Shown here in pieces: positions 13,300 to 24,506 of a stretch of DNA of 57,085 bases. The DNA lies in NCBI RefSeq assembly GCF_001194135.2, contig NC_069001.1:27784197-27841281 (forward strand). Reading direction: 5' to 3'. Below the pieces are notes generated by a model. That model worked only from the letters and a program-made list of their open reading frames with translations, did no database searches and was not told the DNA's origin. Origin of the DNA: Octopus bimaculoides. Its lineage: Eukaryota. Each line of letters opens with the position of its first letter. Positions within the stretch are counted from its first letter, which is position 1. A program made the position numbers and the translations under genes.

Positions 13300-14035
13300 T
13301 TACTGTGGGGCACCATATATTGTCAACATCCTCTACATTGATGTTCGCTTTGTTGGTCTTCGATATCTATGTAGACTTATCTTAAGGCTGCAGTATCAAT
13401 AAATATTATTTGCTAAAGAGCAGGTGTTGTTGCCCTTTTCCTAACACGTCACTGCGTAGCTCATTTCTGTGATAGAGCTACAGTACAGCATCAATCAAAA
13501 CCAAGACTGGGCATTTGGAAGCTGCAAAGTTCCCAGGCCCTACCCGCTTCTCATCAGCTGGACAATTCGGTTAGTGCAACTTATTGTGGAAAAACACCTT
13601 TCACTACTCAAAGTGCCGTATTCTGTCAACACCTTCTACATTGACGGTGTGTTATGTCGACGATGTCTATGGGCAGACACACACTGATGCAGCAACATCA
13701 ACAAAGATTCTTAGCTTGTGAGCGGGATTTCTTGTCCTTTTCCAAACAAGTCATTGGGCAGCTCATTTCTTCGACAGAGCTACAGTCCAGTGTCAGTCGA
13801 AAACAAAGATTAGGAACTTAGAATCTGCAATGTTGTCAGGCCCTCACCCCTTCCCATTAGCTGGACAATACGGTTAGTGCAGCTTATTGTGGAAAAGACA
13901 ACTTTCACTACACAAAGCGCCATATTCTGTCAACACCCTCTATATTGACGGAGTGTTATGTCGAAGATGTCTAGGGGCAGACATTGACGGTGTCTTATGT
14001 CAACGATGTCTATGGGCAGAACTTAGAATCTGCAA
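13300..14035. repeat. Diverged ~303-bp tandem repeat (~2.4 copies) ending in a 39-bp internal duplication
   Basis: GTCAACA recurs at 13322, 13625 and 13929. CTGGACAAT recurs at 13558 and 13861. GCTCATTTC recurs at 13459 and 13761. 13943-13981 is duplicated at 13982-14020. Confidence 0.9.
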
Positions 14036-14360
14036 TTTTTTCAGGCTTTCTCTCAGTTGCGCAATGCGGTAAGTCAAACTTTCACTTCTTTGGTCTATAA
14101 AAAGCTAGACGTGGAAGAGTGCGAAGAAACTTTTGGGAAATGACGGGTGGCGATGAGAATCATCTATCTGGTTTCTTCCAAAAAACTTTTGGTAGACAAA
14201 ATATGAAAGGAGAGGATAGACAAGAAAATGCTTCTACGCTGTACATTCTTTGCAAGTTGGGTGATTTTGACGAATACAGTACACGTGAGTGGGCCTTAGT
14301 TGAACACATCACCATCATCATCATCATCTGCAGCAGCAGAGGCACTGCAGCAGTGGCAGT

Positions 14361-14361
14361 A

Positions 14362-14404
<43 letters not shown>
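14361..14404. repeat. (ATT)n microsatellite
   Basis: Perfect ATT run. Confidence 0.95.
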
Positions 14405-14405
<1 letters not shown>

Positions 14406-14762
14406 GTGTTGTTCTTTTTCTGTTTTCTTCAAATTTTCTTCCATTTCTCGCCGAGTGTTTTCCGTACACCTAGGGCAGAGAAGCTCATTGTATGCATTCC
14501 CAGTTTATACACGCAAATTCACAGGTAAAATATGTATTAAAAAAAAATTATTAATTAAATTCATGAATGGGTGTTGTTTTCACAGCGATAATGCTCTTCT
14601 CAGTACATAAGTCGTTCCAGTTAACACGATTATTTTACACTTCCTGTAGGGATGGTGAGCCTGTTATCATCTACAAATAGGTTTCAGTATCTTTTCTTAT
14701 CATTCCTCGAGATCCTACAATCACTGGTACGGTAGTCGCCTTGGGAAACCACACTTTTCAAT
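14405..14762 (-). mobile_element. R4/Dong-like LINE 3' fragment with 3' UTR
   Basis: Minus-strand translation (frameshifted) IEK.WFPKATTVPVIVGSRGMIRKDTETYL*MITGSPSLQEV...TGT..VLRRALSL is an REL-endonuclease C-terminus. (AAT)n flanks both ends on the element strand. Confidence 0.75.
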
Positions 14763-14795
14763 TTTATTATTATTATGATTATTATTATTATTATT

Positions 14796-14863
<68 letters not shown>

Positions 14864-14882
14864 CATTAGTAGTAGTAGTAGT
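14763..14882. repeat. Compound (ATT)n(ATC)n(ATT)n(AGT)n microsatellite
   Basis: Read directly. Confidence 0.95.
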
Positions 14883-15652
14883 GCATGTATGTAATGTATA
14901 TAAATACATACACAGAAAGAAAAGGGTCACACAAGTACGTTGCAGAATATCTAGAGATCTGTAGATGTTTACATATGTGATTTGCCATGTATTTACAAAA
15001 ATGCGATTTACATAAACTATTTCTCTGTGTGTGTGTGTGTGTGCTTATATGCGTGTATGTGTGTGTGTGTGTGGTTATGTGCGTGTATGTGTACATATGA
15101 TTATGTGCGTGTACGTATATACATATTCATATGTTTATATATAAAAATATGTGTATATGCATTTGTATGTATACGTATGTATATATGTATGTAAATATGT
15201 ATTATATCATATTATATTACATATATAAAGCACTACAGCTCTGAATACAGTGTTCATTATTTCCCACACAGTGTGGTGCGTTCTGTAACAGAAATTGTAA
15301 ATTATATTTATTTGCATTCTCAAAACTTTGTATGATATTTACTTTCATAAAATTGTTTTTCGAGAAGTTTCGATATCTTATTATTTACTTTGCTAAAATA
15401 AATTTCCTTTCCATTAATATTTTCTCATACACAGCAACTAATAATATTGCTTCTCATATGATTTTTGTACGTAGCAATAATGGAAGATGAATGAAATCAA
15501 TGTTTCCCAATATTCAGTTTCTTCTCACGGCGATTGAAGTTCAGTTCCCGCTAGATTTCTATTTATCTTTTCTAATGCACGCAGTAATATATATATATTT
15601 TTTTGTAACCGTTCAAACTCCGTGATATTCGCCTGCGTGTTGCTACTCTCTG

Positions 15653-15876
15653 TACTCTTTTTATTCTTTTACTTGTTTCAGTCATTTGACTGCGGCCATG
15701 CTGGAGCACCGCCTTTGGTCGAGAAAATCGACCCCAGGACTTATTCTTTGGATGCCTAGTACTTATTCTATCGGTCTCTTTTGCCGAACCGCTAAATTAC
15801 GGGGACGTAAACACACCAGTATCGGTTGTCAAGCGATATTGGGGGCACAAACACAGACACACAAACATATACACGC

Positions 15877-15919
<43 letters not shown>

Positions 15920-16084
15920 CGACGCGCTTCTTTCAGTTTCCGTCTACCAAATCCACTCAGGAGGTTTTGGTCGGCCCGAGGCTATAGTAGAGGACACTTG
16001 CCCAAGATGCCATGCAGTGGGAATGCACCCGCAACCATGTGGTTGGAAAGCAAGCTAATTACCACACAGCCACTCCTGCGCCTA
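15653..16084 (-). mobile_element. tRNA-derived SINE, family B, full length
   Basis: Head GGCGCAGGAGTGGCTGTGTGGT (A box), then CTTGGGCAAGTGTC.TCTACTATAGCCTCGGGCCGACC, an internal (TA)n/(TG)n tract, and a 3' end CAGCATGGCCGCAGTCAAATGACTGAAACAAGTAAAAGA. Collinear with 20090-20560. Confidence 0.92.
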
Positions 16085-17101
16085 CGACCAATATTTTGAA
16101 AAATGTAGTCTTTGACACTTACTTTTGTTTCTGTAGAACACAACGAGCATTTTATTTCCTTGGTAAAAAAAAATATTACTAACCTTTTCTGGAGTGGTTA
16201 TTTAAAGATTTTGTTGTTTGCAGACAGCTCCAGACAGAGCTGCCTTACAGAGAGCATGTTACTGGCGAAGCCCCGAATTTCAACGAAAATGACTTTGATA
16301 ACCGGAGCTAATTGCTTGAAACTTGAAAAATGCATGTGGAATAAATAATAACTGAACTACGTATGAAAGATAATTAATGCCTATCTCTGAGCGATTATAT
16401 TTTTAAATCACCTTAAATGTGAAATATCAGTACACAATATGTTATGACAAAGTTAATAAACAAAAACATAAAATGATTCGTAAAATATTTACACTAAATT
16501 GTTATTCAAATTTAAGATTACTTACAAGAATTTAATTATATATTTATCTGTTGGGTTCGCATTTGGTCTTACCACATATACTGACATCACAGATGTGGGC
16601 ATTCGTGCTTCCATTAACGAAGAATGTGTCAGTAATATACTGAAAATTTGAAACGGAAATTATACCATCGAAACTGTAAGTCCAAACAACAATAAAAGAC
16701 ATCTGACTAGAAAATTGCTAAATGTACATTACCAGCTGAATGCAATCCTACACAGCAGATGTATGTTAGACATGGGTAGTGTGGGCTTACGACAACTAAA
16801 GTGAGTTTTCGAAATAAATCACATGAATGTACAATGACTTTGGTTAATTTAGCTGAAGGACATACTGGATTACATACGAGAAAACTATGTAGCTGTAATT
16901 GTAGGCGTCTTTCAACTCGAAGATGTTAGAAACAATCTCTTTAAATTAATTAATTCAAATTATATTCCATTTTCGTGAGAGTCCCTGTAATTTCCTTTAA
17001 AATATTTCTGTCTCTGTCTTAGACAGAAATCTATTTAATGGAGACGTTTTAGCGTGCGGAGAGAGGAAACACTATTTAACGTTAATATTTCATTAGAAGC
17101 T

Positions 17102-17305
17102 AAGGCGGCGAGCTGACCGAAGATTTAGAAGACCGGGCAAGATGCTTAGCGGCATTTCGTCCGTCGTTACATCCTGAATTCAAATTCCACCGAGGTCGAC
17201 TTTGCTTTTCTTCATTTCGCAGTCGATAAAATAAGCACCAGTAATCCCTGAGGTCTTTGTAATCGACATATCCCGCCCCCCCCCCTAGAGCCAAAATTTA
17301 AAACC
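17102..17305 (+). mobile_element. tRNA-derived SINE, family A
   Basis: AAGGCGGCGAGCTG head, B box GAATTCAAATTCC, CGAGGTCGACTTTGC body. Direct repeat AATATTTCATT at 17084-17094 and 17306-17316. Confidence 0.88.
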
Positions 17306-19036
17306 AATATTTCATTTGGTGATTTGATAAAAGCATTTTTAACAAGGCTATGGTGCAATCGTCGGGCGTGCACTCAGAGGAAACAGAAACGTGAGACGTT
17401 CTCAAAATGCAGAATTTGTTTGGAGTATAAGAAAAAATACACCGGATTCTTCGAATGTAATAGTCGCAATGACACAATGATAAATACATATAGGAGAATG
17501 AAGTTGCAGTAACTCTTGCAATCACACTGAGCCCAAATTTATGCTGAAAATAGCGCTTCAACATGAAACATCTTTTCGTTGTTATATTTTAACTCTTGCT
17601 AATGAATAACACGGTTTCCGCTCTGCGAGAAACCTGTAACGTCAATCTATGATTTCAAAGCAGCGATTAACTGAAGTCTGTCAGGATAGAAGTAAACAAA
17701 CATACACCGTTGCTGATGGAAACAGGTGCCTTTAAGTCTGCTAACTGGACTAAATTTAGTCAAAAATTATATACAAGTAGTATTAGTATTATGTTATTGA
17801 TTATTAACTTCTACCAAAGAAAACCATTGCTCTGTATGAAAAGGATCCGATGCAAATATTGCAGTTGTGAAACTTTGACACCATAATCTTTTAAAAGAGG
17901 AACACGTCTAATCCGATTGAGAAACACTCTTCATATCTTTGCAACTAAAGAGTTCCTGACAAAATAAGGATTTCCGAATCAGCTGTTACTCCCCATTTCA
18001 TTATAGCAGAACGGGGTGATACGATAACTGTTTTGTGTAAGTGTTATTTGAAACGTGATGTTATTTGCTTCAGAAACTAATGACGTCGTGAACTGTACAT
18101 GAAAATTTGTTCATTGTTTCCTACATCAATAATCTTTATTCCGCATTAAAACTCTTCACATATGCTAAAAGAACGGCCACGGACTCAGAGTTTGATTTCA
18201 AGACGTGCATCCATAACAAATATGAATTAGACGAGTGTAATGAGTTTGAAATTAAGTGGTCAAGGAAACACGTAAGATTTAAGATAATTTTAGCACGAAT
18301 AATATATGGATACCAGATTACAAGATGTTATAAACTGTAGTTAATAATAAAATACATATAAATTAAATTGGCTGGGATGATTGAATATACGATGGAATAT
18401 TTTGGGAAATAGTAAACATACGACACGTTAAATGTTATGAGAATATTATTCTAACGACTTGTTTTGCTAAGACATAATGTAAGTCAGAAGAAATCTCTAA
18501 AACATAACATTAGAAATTGTAGCAAATAATTCTTATTCTAGAATTAAGTTAGATTTCTTTAAAAAGTCATATCTAGATTTTTTATTGTACATATTTGAAT
18601 TTTAATTAAGTATACTATAATAGAAAATTGGTTCTATATTGCAGACAAAATTAGATATTTTAATAAGATATTGATACCTTACATTATTTTACGATCTTAA
18701 TTCATGTTATACTAGCAATATACGCTAAACATGAATGTATGAGAATCACTAAGAGGAATTATGTCAATATATAAGGAAACAAAAGAGAAAGAATAAAGAA
18801 CTTGCAGTGAATGCAAATCGATAGAAACTGGAAAGGTTAGAGAGAAAATAATATACGTTTACGTAACCATAATAAATATTTAAGTATTTCGTATAGAAAC
18901 CGTTATTAGGATACACAAGTTATAGTTGGATGTTAGCATGAGTTTAATAGTATTCATCACTAAAATATAAAATTAGCTCGCTAAGAATATATTGTACGTT
19001 TGGTATCTGCTAAATATATATACACACACAGGCATA

Positions 19037-19069
<33 letters not shown>

Positions 19070-19419
19070 GTATATACATATGCAGTCTAAGAGAGGTAGC
19101 TATACTTCCCCACTTTTTCTGTAAAAGTACAAGAAACTTCAGGTCTTTTTAATGAGACATCACTCTCTCTTATCTATTTCATCAAGCCAGGTACAACTTC
19201 ATTCTCAAACGCACATCGTATCCGAATCGTTTTCTCCAATACCAATAACCTCCTCCAAATTATTTCCTCGCATAACAACTATATTTCGTCACAGGTAAAG
19301 GGCTTCACTGAATAACTGTAATAACATCAACAACAACAATAATAATAATAATAATAATAATGATAGCAATTATATTTATACTCCTGTACTTAATACACAC
19401 TCTTTTAATTCATATAACC

Positions 19420-19530
19420 AGGAGTGTTTTTCGTCGAGGATAAGTGAATTTTGGAAGAGGGGTTTGCAAGTCTACCAGATAGATGGAAGAGCATTGCATT
19501 AAATTAAGGAGAGTAGTTATAGACAAAACG
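19420..19530 (+). mobile_element. Mariner transposase C-terminal remnant
   Basis: FSSRISEFWKRG(L)ASLPDRWKSI...GE matches the mariner end F...GI..LP.RW..CV...GEY. Confidence 0.6.
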
Positions 19531-19632
19531 ATAACGTTTTGTCTTAATAACTGATGAGATGCTGGAGTAGATTTCAGCCCCGGTATCCGAAACTGTGAGT
19601 TTTATTATGACAACCAACTAACTGTCACATAT

Positions 19633-19688
<56 letters not shown>

Positions 19689-20089
19689 GTTTTAAGACAA
19701 TATGTACCTCATACGACTGTTAACATACTCTTGATCTCAGTCAACTCAATAAATGTATCTGGTAAGACACTCATCATCTTACTTTTCATGTGCCAATAGG
19801 AGACGATTCGTATATTGATTCCCTCATATAATTCAAGGGAAATATAGTGAGTTTGTATGCACAGAAATATTTGCTTTTTACAATGCTCCTTTCTTCAACT
19901 GTTATGCCGAAGTAGGAACCACTCTTCCTCATAATTTGTGGAGTCTGGTTTGCAGATAGGATTGTTTATTTCTGTTATTCTTTTTAGGAGTGTTAATATA
20001 CCTTGACAACTGAATGTAAAAGAAACCTCTAATGTCTATAATATCAACGCAAATGAAAAAGCAACACAATTTATGTTATTATGTGTATA

Positions 20090-20560
20090 GGCACAGGAGT
20101 GGGTGTGTGGTAAGTAGCTTGCCTACCAACCACATGGTTCCGGCTTCATTCCATCATTCAAGTGTCTTCTACTATAGCCTCGGGCCGACCAAAGCCTTGT
20201 GAGTGAATTTGGTAGACGGGAACTGAAAGAAGCTCGTCGTATATATNNNNNNNNNNNNNNNNNNNNNNNNNNNNNNNNNNNNNNNNNNNNNNNNNNNNNN
20301 NNNNNNNNNNNNNNNNNNNNNNNNNNNNNNNTATATATGTATGTGTTTTTGTGTGTCTGTGTTTGCCCCCCGCACCACCACCACCACCATCGCTTGACAA
20401 CCGATGCTGGTAAGTTTACGTCCCCGTAACTTAGCGGTTCGGCAAAAAGAGACCGATAGAATAAGTATTAGGCTTACAAAGAATAAGTCCTGGGGTCGAT
20501 GTTCTCGACTAAAGGTGATGCTATAGCATGGCCGCAGTCAAATAACTGAAACAAGTAAAT
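20090..20560 (+). mobile_element. tRNA-derived SINE, family B, full length (gap in internal microsatellite)
   Basis: GGCACAGGAGTGGGTGTGTGGTAAGTAGCTTGC head. Body and tail are collinear with the reverse complement of 15653-16084. Confidence 0.92.
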
Positions 20561-22728
20561 GAGAGAGTTAAAGAATATAGTAGATATTGACACTTCGTTA
20601 CTGTGTTTGGAACTTATTATACTACATTGTGTTACCGAAAAGAAGCATAAAACATTTATTCTACTTTGATTTTATCATACTTAATCTTTGTTTCTGAGTA
20701 GATATTATTTATTTTGAAAGGAAATTATGAACGAATGATATCATGATACGGCGATAGCATTATTATTATAAATCAAAAAGAAACATGTCATTCTAACTCA
20801 TTTATGATTCGTTTAATTATTCATATAAATGTAATGTATCATAAACTCCAAACATTCTGCATTTTGATACATACTATATTTTCTAGTAATTTTAGCTTAG
20901 AAATTATACCAATTTCCATCTTTACCACATTCAACCTAATATAGATTTTGTATGAAAAACGTATGGATTTATATTTTATAAGGAAACAAGTTCTTGGCAC
21001 CGACGTTCTCAAGAATGTTAAATTAATTCAGTGTAGCATCAACTGAAAACAAGGTAAGTCTATAAATGATGTATACTGAACGTACCTTCCGCGAAGCTAA
21101 AATACTTATCAAGAGATCCAAGCGGATTATTGTATTTTGTTGGAAAAAAATCTGAACTGAGAACATTATGAATATTTTATTCCAAAATGTTTTTAAAATG
21201 TTCTCTTCTATACAATCTATTACAAAAGCTTATAGAATTTAAGAGCTGCTATTATTGCACAAAAATCTCTGAAACAAGATTTTATGAATAATCAACCAGA
21301 AACCGTTTTCTTCCATAAATCAAAAGTTTCTGTATGAGTTGACCAAATATACATACCGCGGTGTCTTCCGCGATTTAATCGTAAATCTGTATTAAAAATA
21401 ATTATTAACAGTAATTTTAAAACATTTGCTACCGTCACAGTTAACAAAGCTACACTGCTAATAGCAGTAGGAATGATTTTCTAGTTAAATATACCAATCG
21501 ATATTATTGAGAATTTTTCCATTATAAACGGTAAAATTCTGAAATATGCAACCTANNNNNNNNNNNNNNNNNNNNNNNNNNNNNNNNNNNNNNNNNNNNN
21601 NNNNNNNNNNNNNNNNNNNNNNNNNNNNNNNNNNNNNNNNNNNNNNNNNNNNNNNNNNNNNNNNNNNNNNNNNNNNNNNNNNNNNNNNNNNNNNNNNNNN
21701 NNNNNNNNNNNNNNNNATAATTCTATCTTTCAGATAATCAACTTTAGATTACAATTTCTTCTTTCCAAACTTACAAATAAATAATTAAATTGTTTAACAA
21801 AATTCCAGAACAAATATTTGCATACCAGCTGCTTTGATACAAAAACTATAACACTTTGATGAGAGGAGCTATTTGTACAACCTCATTTAATAATTACGTA
21901 CGCACGCACGCACTCACTCACTCACTCACTCAAACGTTTCAAGCTATGAAATCTTTAATCATTTAATCATTCTACTATTTTTTTCTTAAAGAATCAAAAT
22001 AGTGACTTTTGCCTTTACATGAGCCTAAAAGCGGGTGGGGTTAAGTTAAGAATATAGTTTGTGAAAGGGTGTACTACGATATTTAAGGTCGGCGACATGA
22101 GTGAGATAGAAGTCTCCGAGAATGGTAGTTTGGTAGGCTAAATTGCTTCTAGGTGATATTTCATTACAGTAAACTTAGAGAAGTAGATAGCTGGGAGACG
22201 ACCAAAGATGATGTAAGGATAAGTAATAAAGAAAGAATAAAGATAGTTAAAAGTAAATGTGAAGAAATATAAATGCATTACAAAAGCTAATTTGGCATAG
22301 GATCGGGGTTTAGCCAAGGCTAAAGAACAAAGGGAGGAGAGCAAAGATACACAGAATTTAGGGATATTTTGTGGTTATAGGTTGAATGTTGGAATAGGGT
22401 GTGAAGGCAATCGAATGATAAGTTCTAACGACTAAAGTATTGTGATATATCAGGTAAAGTGTAAATATGTAGGGTGTTTTTTAGATACGAATACGTTATA
22501 TGTGTTGGTGGAGACCGCTTGCAATATTAGTACATGTTTACCTGGTTAGGAAAAACAAGGTAATAATAGTAGAGTACTACTTATCATTAAGGAGTTCAAA
22601 GAAAGAAGTGGTTATATAATAAATTACATATTGTACCGAGTTAGAGGAAATACCAGCTCAGATTTCAAAGAAAGCCAGCTGTAGGAAGTAGTCTCATGAT
22701 TAACAATTTGTAAAACAACTTGGAAACG

Positions 22729-22760
<32 letters not shown>

Positions 22761-22812
22761 GTGCAATCAATTTACCAAGATTTCTAGCTATCTGAAGCAT
22801 TTCTCTCTAAAC

Positions 22813-22850
22813 CAGTGTTTCTCAACCATTTACTGCCTACGGGGTCCTGT
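22813..22850 (+). mobile_element. Solo hAT/Charlie-like terminus
   Basis: CAGTGTTTCTCAACC resembles the CAGTGGTTCTCAACC hAT terminus. No matching right end was found downstream. Confidence 0.35.
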
Positions 22851-24008
22851 TATTTCTATTTTACGCGACTGGACTTCCATACGCATTCAATGTATAAAAA
22901 AAAAGAAATCTACTGCATTTTTGTTTCTATAATATCTATATTCTATTATCTTTCCATCTGCATACATAAAAAATTTAAAAAAAGACAATTTGAAGAGGAC
23001 ATTATTTTCTGCAACAACGTTATATTCCTACAAAAAGCAACAACTCTTCATAATAATATAGCAGTGAAAGTTTTAATAGTTTTCTCTTATAGAATGTGCA
23101 CAAAAGTAATTGATTACACAGAATTTTAACCTCTATTATATTCACGTAATTGCTTAAACGCAGTGCCAATCACCTTGCACCACTAATTATATTTGTTTAC
23201 TTATTAAACTTGCTACGTGCAATTTCCTTTTAAATCATAAATTTAGTGAGTTTCATTAAGGTATATAACTGCAGTTAGCTCTAATTATAATTGTTTTTCA
23301 AACTATTCTAACTGAACCGATTACATGTTTGCCTACGTAACAACCATTTTCAAATATGCGATTTTGTATTTTTCTCTCAACTTTCTGTTCAAATCCATTT
23401 AGTAATAATCTATATTTTAATTCATATTCCATATAATTTACGTTCCGACAGTTTATCTAATTTGACCTCTTTTTTTATGCATTTCATTAGGAAAGATCAT
23501 TACTTCATTTCTCTTTAGAAAACAACATGACATTTACACACGTGATCACTACTGAGAGAAAACAACTCTGAAAACATAACATTCAAATTTGTGTTTGTTA
23601 ATAATATAGTTATTTATCAAAATATGTGTACAGATTGCATGTGCACAAAAAAGAATAATCATATGACATCCGAATTATTTTCGGCATTCTTTTTATTCAT
23701 ATATACGTGTACGAGTGTCAGTGGACTTATCTGCGTATATGCACGTGCGTGACATGTGAGCTTGCGTGTGTGTATTCATACAAAAGTCCATTCACACACA
23801 CAAATATATTCAGTCAATGTTGCAATTTGTAAGAAGCAGACGTAGTTTAAAGGGAAATCTGAAGTCATATTTCTGGTACATACCAGTAACATTTTACATG
23901 TTAACGTGGCCTTAGATTATATTACTGGAAAGTCCATGAAGTCTATGGTTTCCATTTTTACATACATAAATACATACAAATATATGTACATAAATCTACG
24001 TACACAGT

Positions 24009-24056
<48 letters not shown>

Positions 24057-24108
24057 NNNNNNNNNNNNNNNNNNNNNNNNNNNNNNNNNNNNNNNNNNNN
24101 NNNNNNNN

Positions 24109-24145
<37 letters not shown>

Positions 24146-24456
24146 ATGAATATGGTACTTAAGTTGAGGCATCATAATATAGTACGGTATTATCCATACA
24201 ATTTCAAAGTATGGTGATTATATTCAAAATAAGCAACAAGGATATCCAGAGCTAATGCAGTACGATAGTTTCATGCAACTCTAATTAATTGAACAATGCA
24301 ATCATTACATCAATTTAAATTAGAACAGATGGACACGTTAGAATAATTACACCTAAAATCTCCAAGAGGTTAAGGAGATAGACAAAAAACATGCTGTCTC
24401 ACTCCAGCATTTCTCAACTACATATTTACCATGAATAGATGACTAGAGGAGGTTAT

Positions 24457-24506
<50 letters not shown>

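Noticed and set aside
13300-14035. Ankyrin or other 101-aa domain repeats in the 303-bp tandem (NVEDVD / VLTEYGA-like strings)
   Set aside because: Periods vary (302-304 bp), stops occur in all frames at shared positions, and no full domain motif aligns.
15686-16099. 137-aa plus-strand ORF
   Set aside because: It is the antisense reading of a SINE B copy.
20983-21053. Segment between TTTTATAAG| and a strong donor AAG|GTAAGT
   Set aside because: All three frames contain stops. It is at best a non-coding exon, with no further support.
22040-22560. Possible Penelope GIY-YIG or 3' remnant (also 7240-7340 and 7900-8060)
   Set aside because: Composition is suggestive, but no GIY-YIG motif can be read, so it is left unannotated.
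17915-22827. Pair of hAT-like termini (GATTGAGAAACACT at 17915 and CAGTGTTTCTCAACC at 22813)
   Set aside because: They face outward rather than enclosing an element, and no 8-bp TSD was found.
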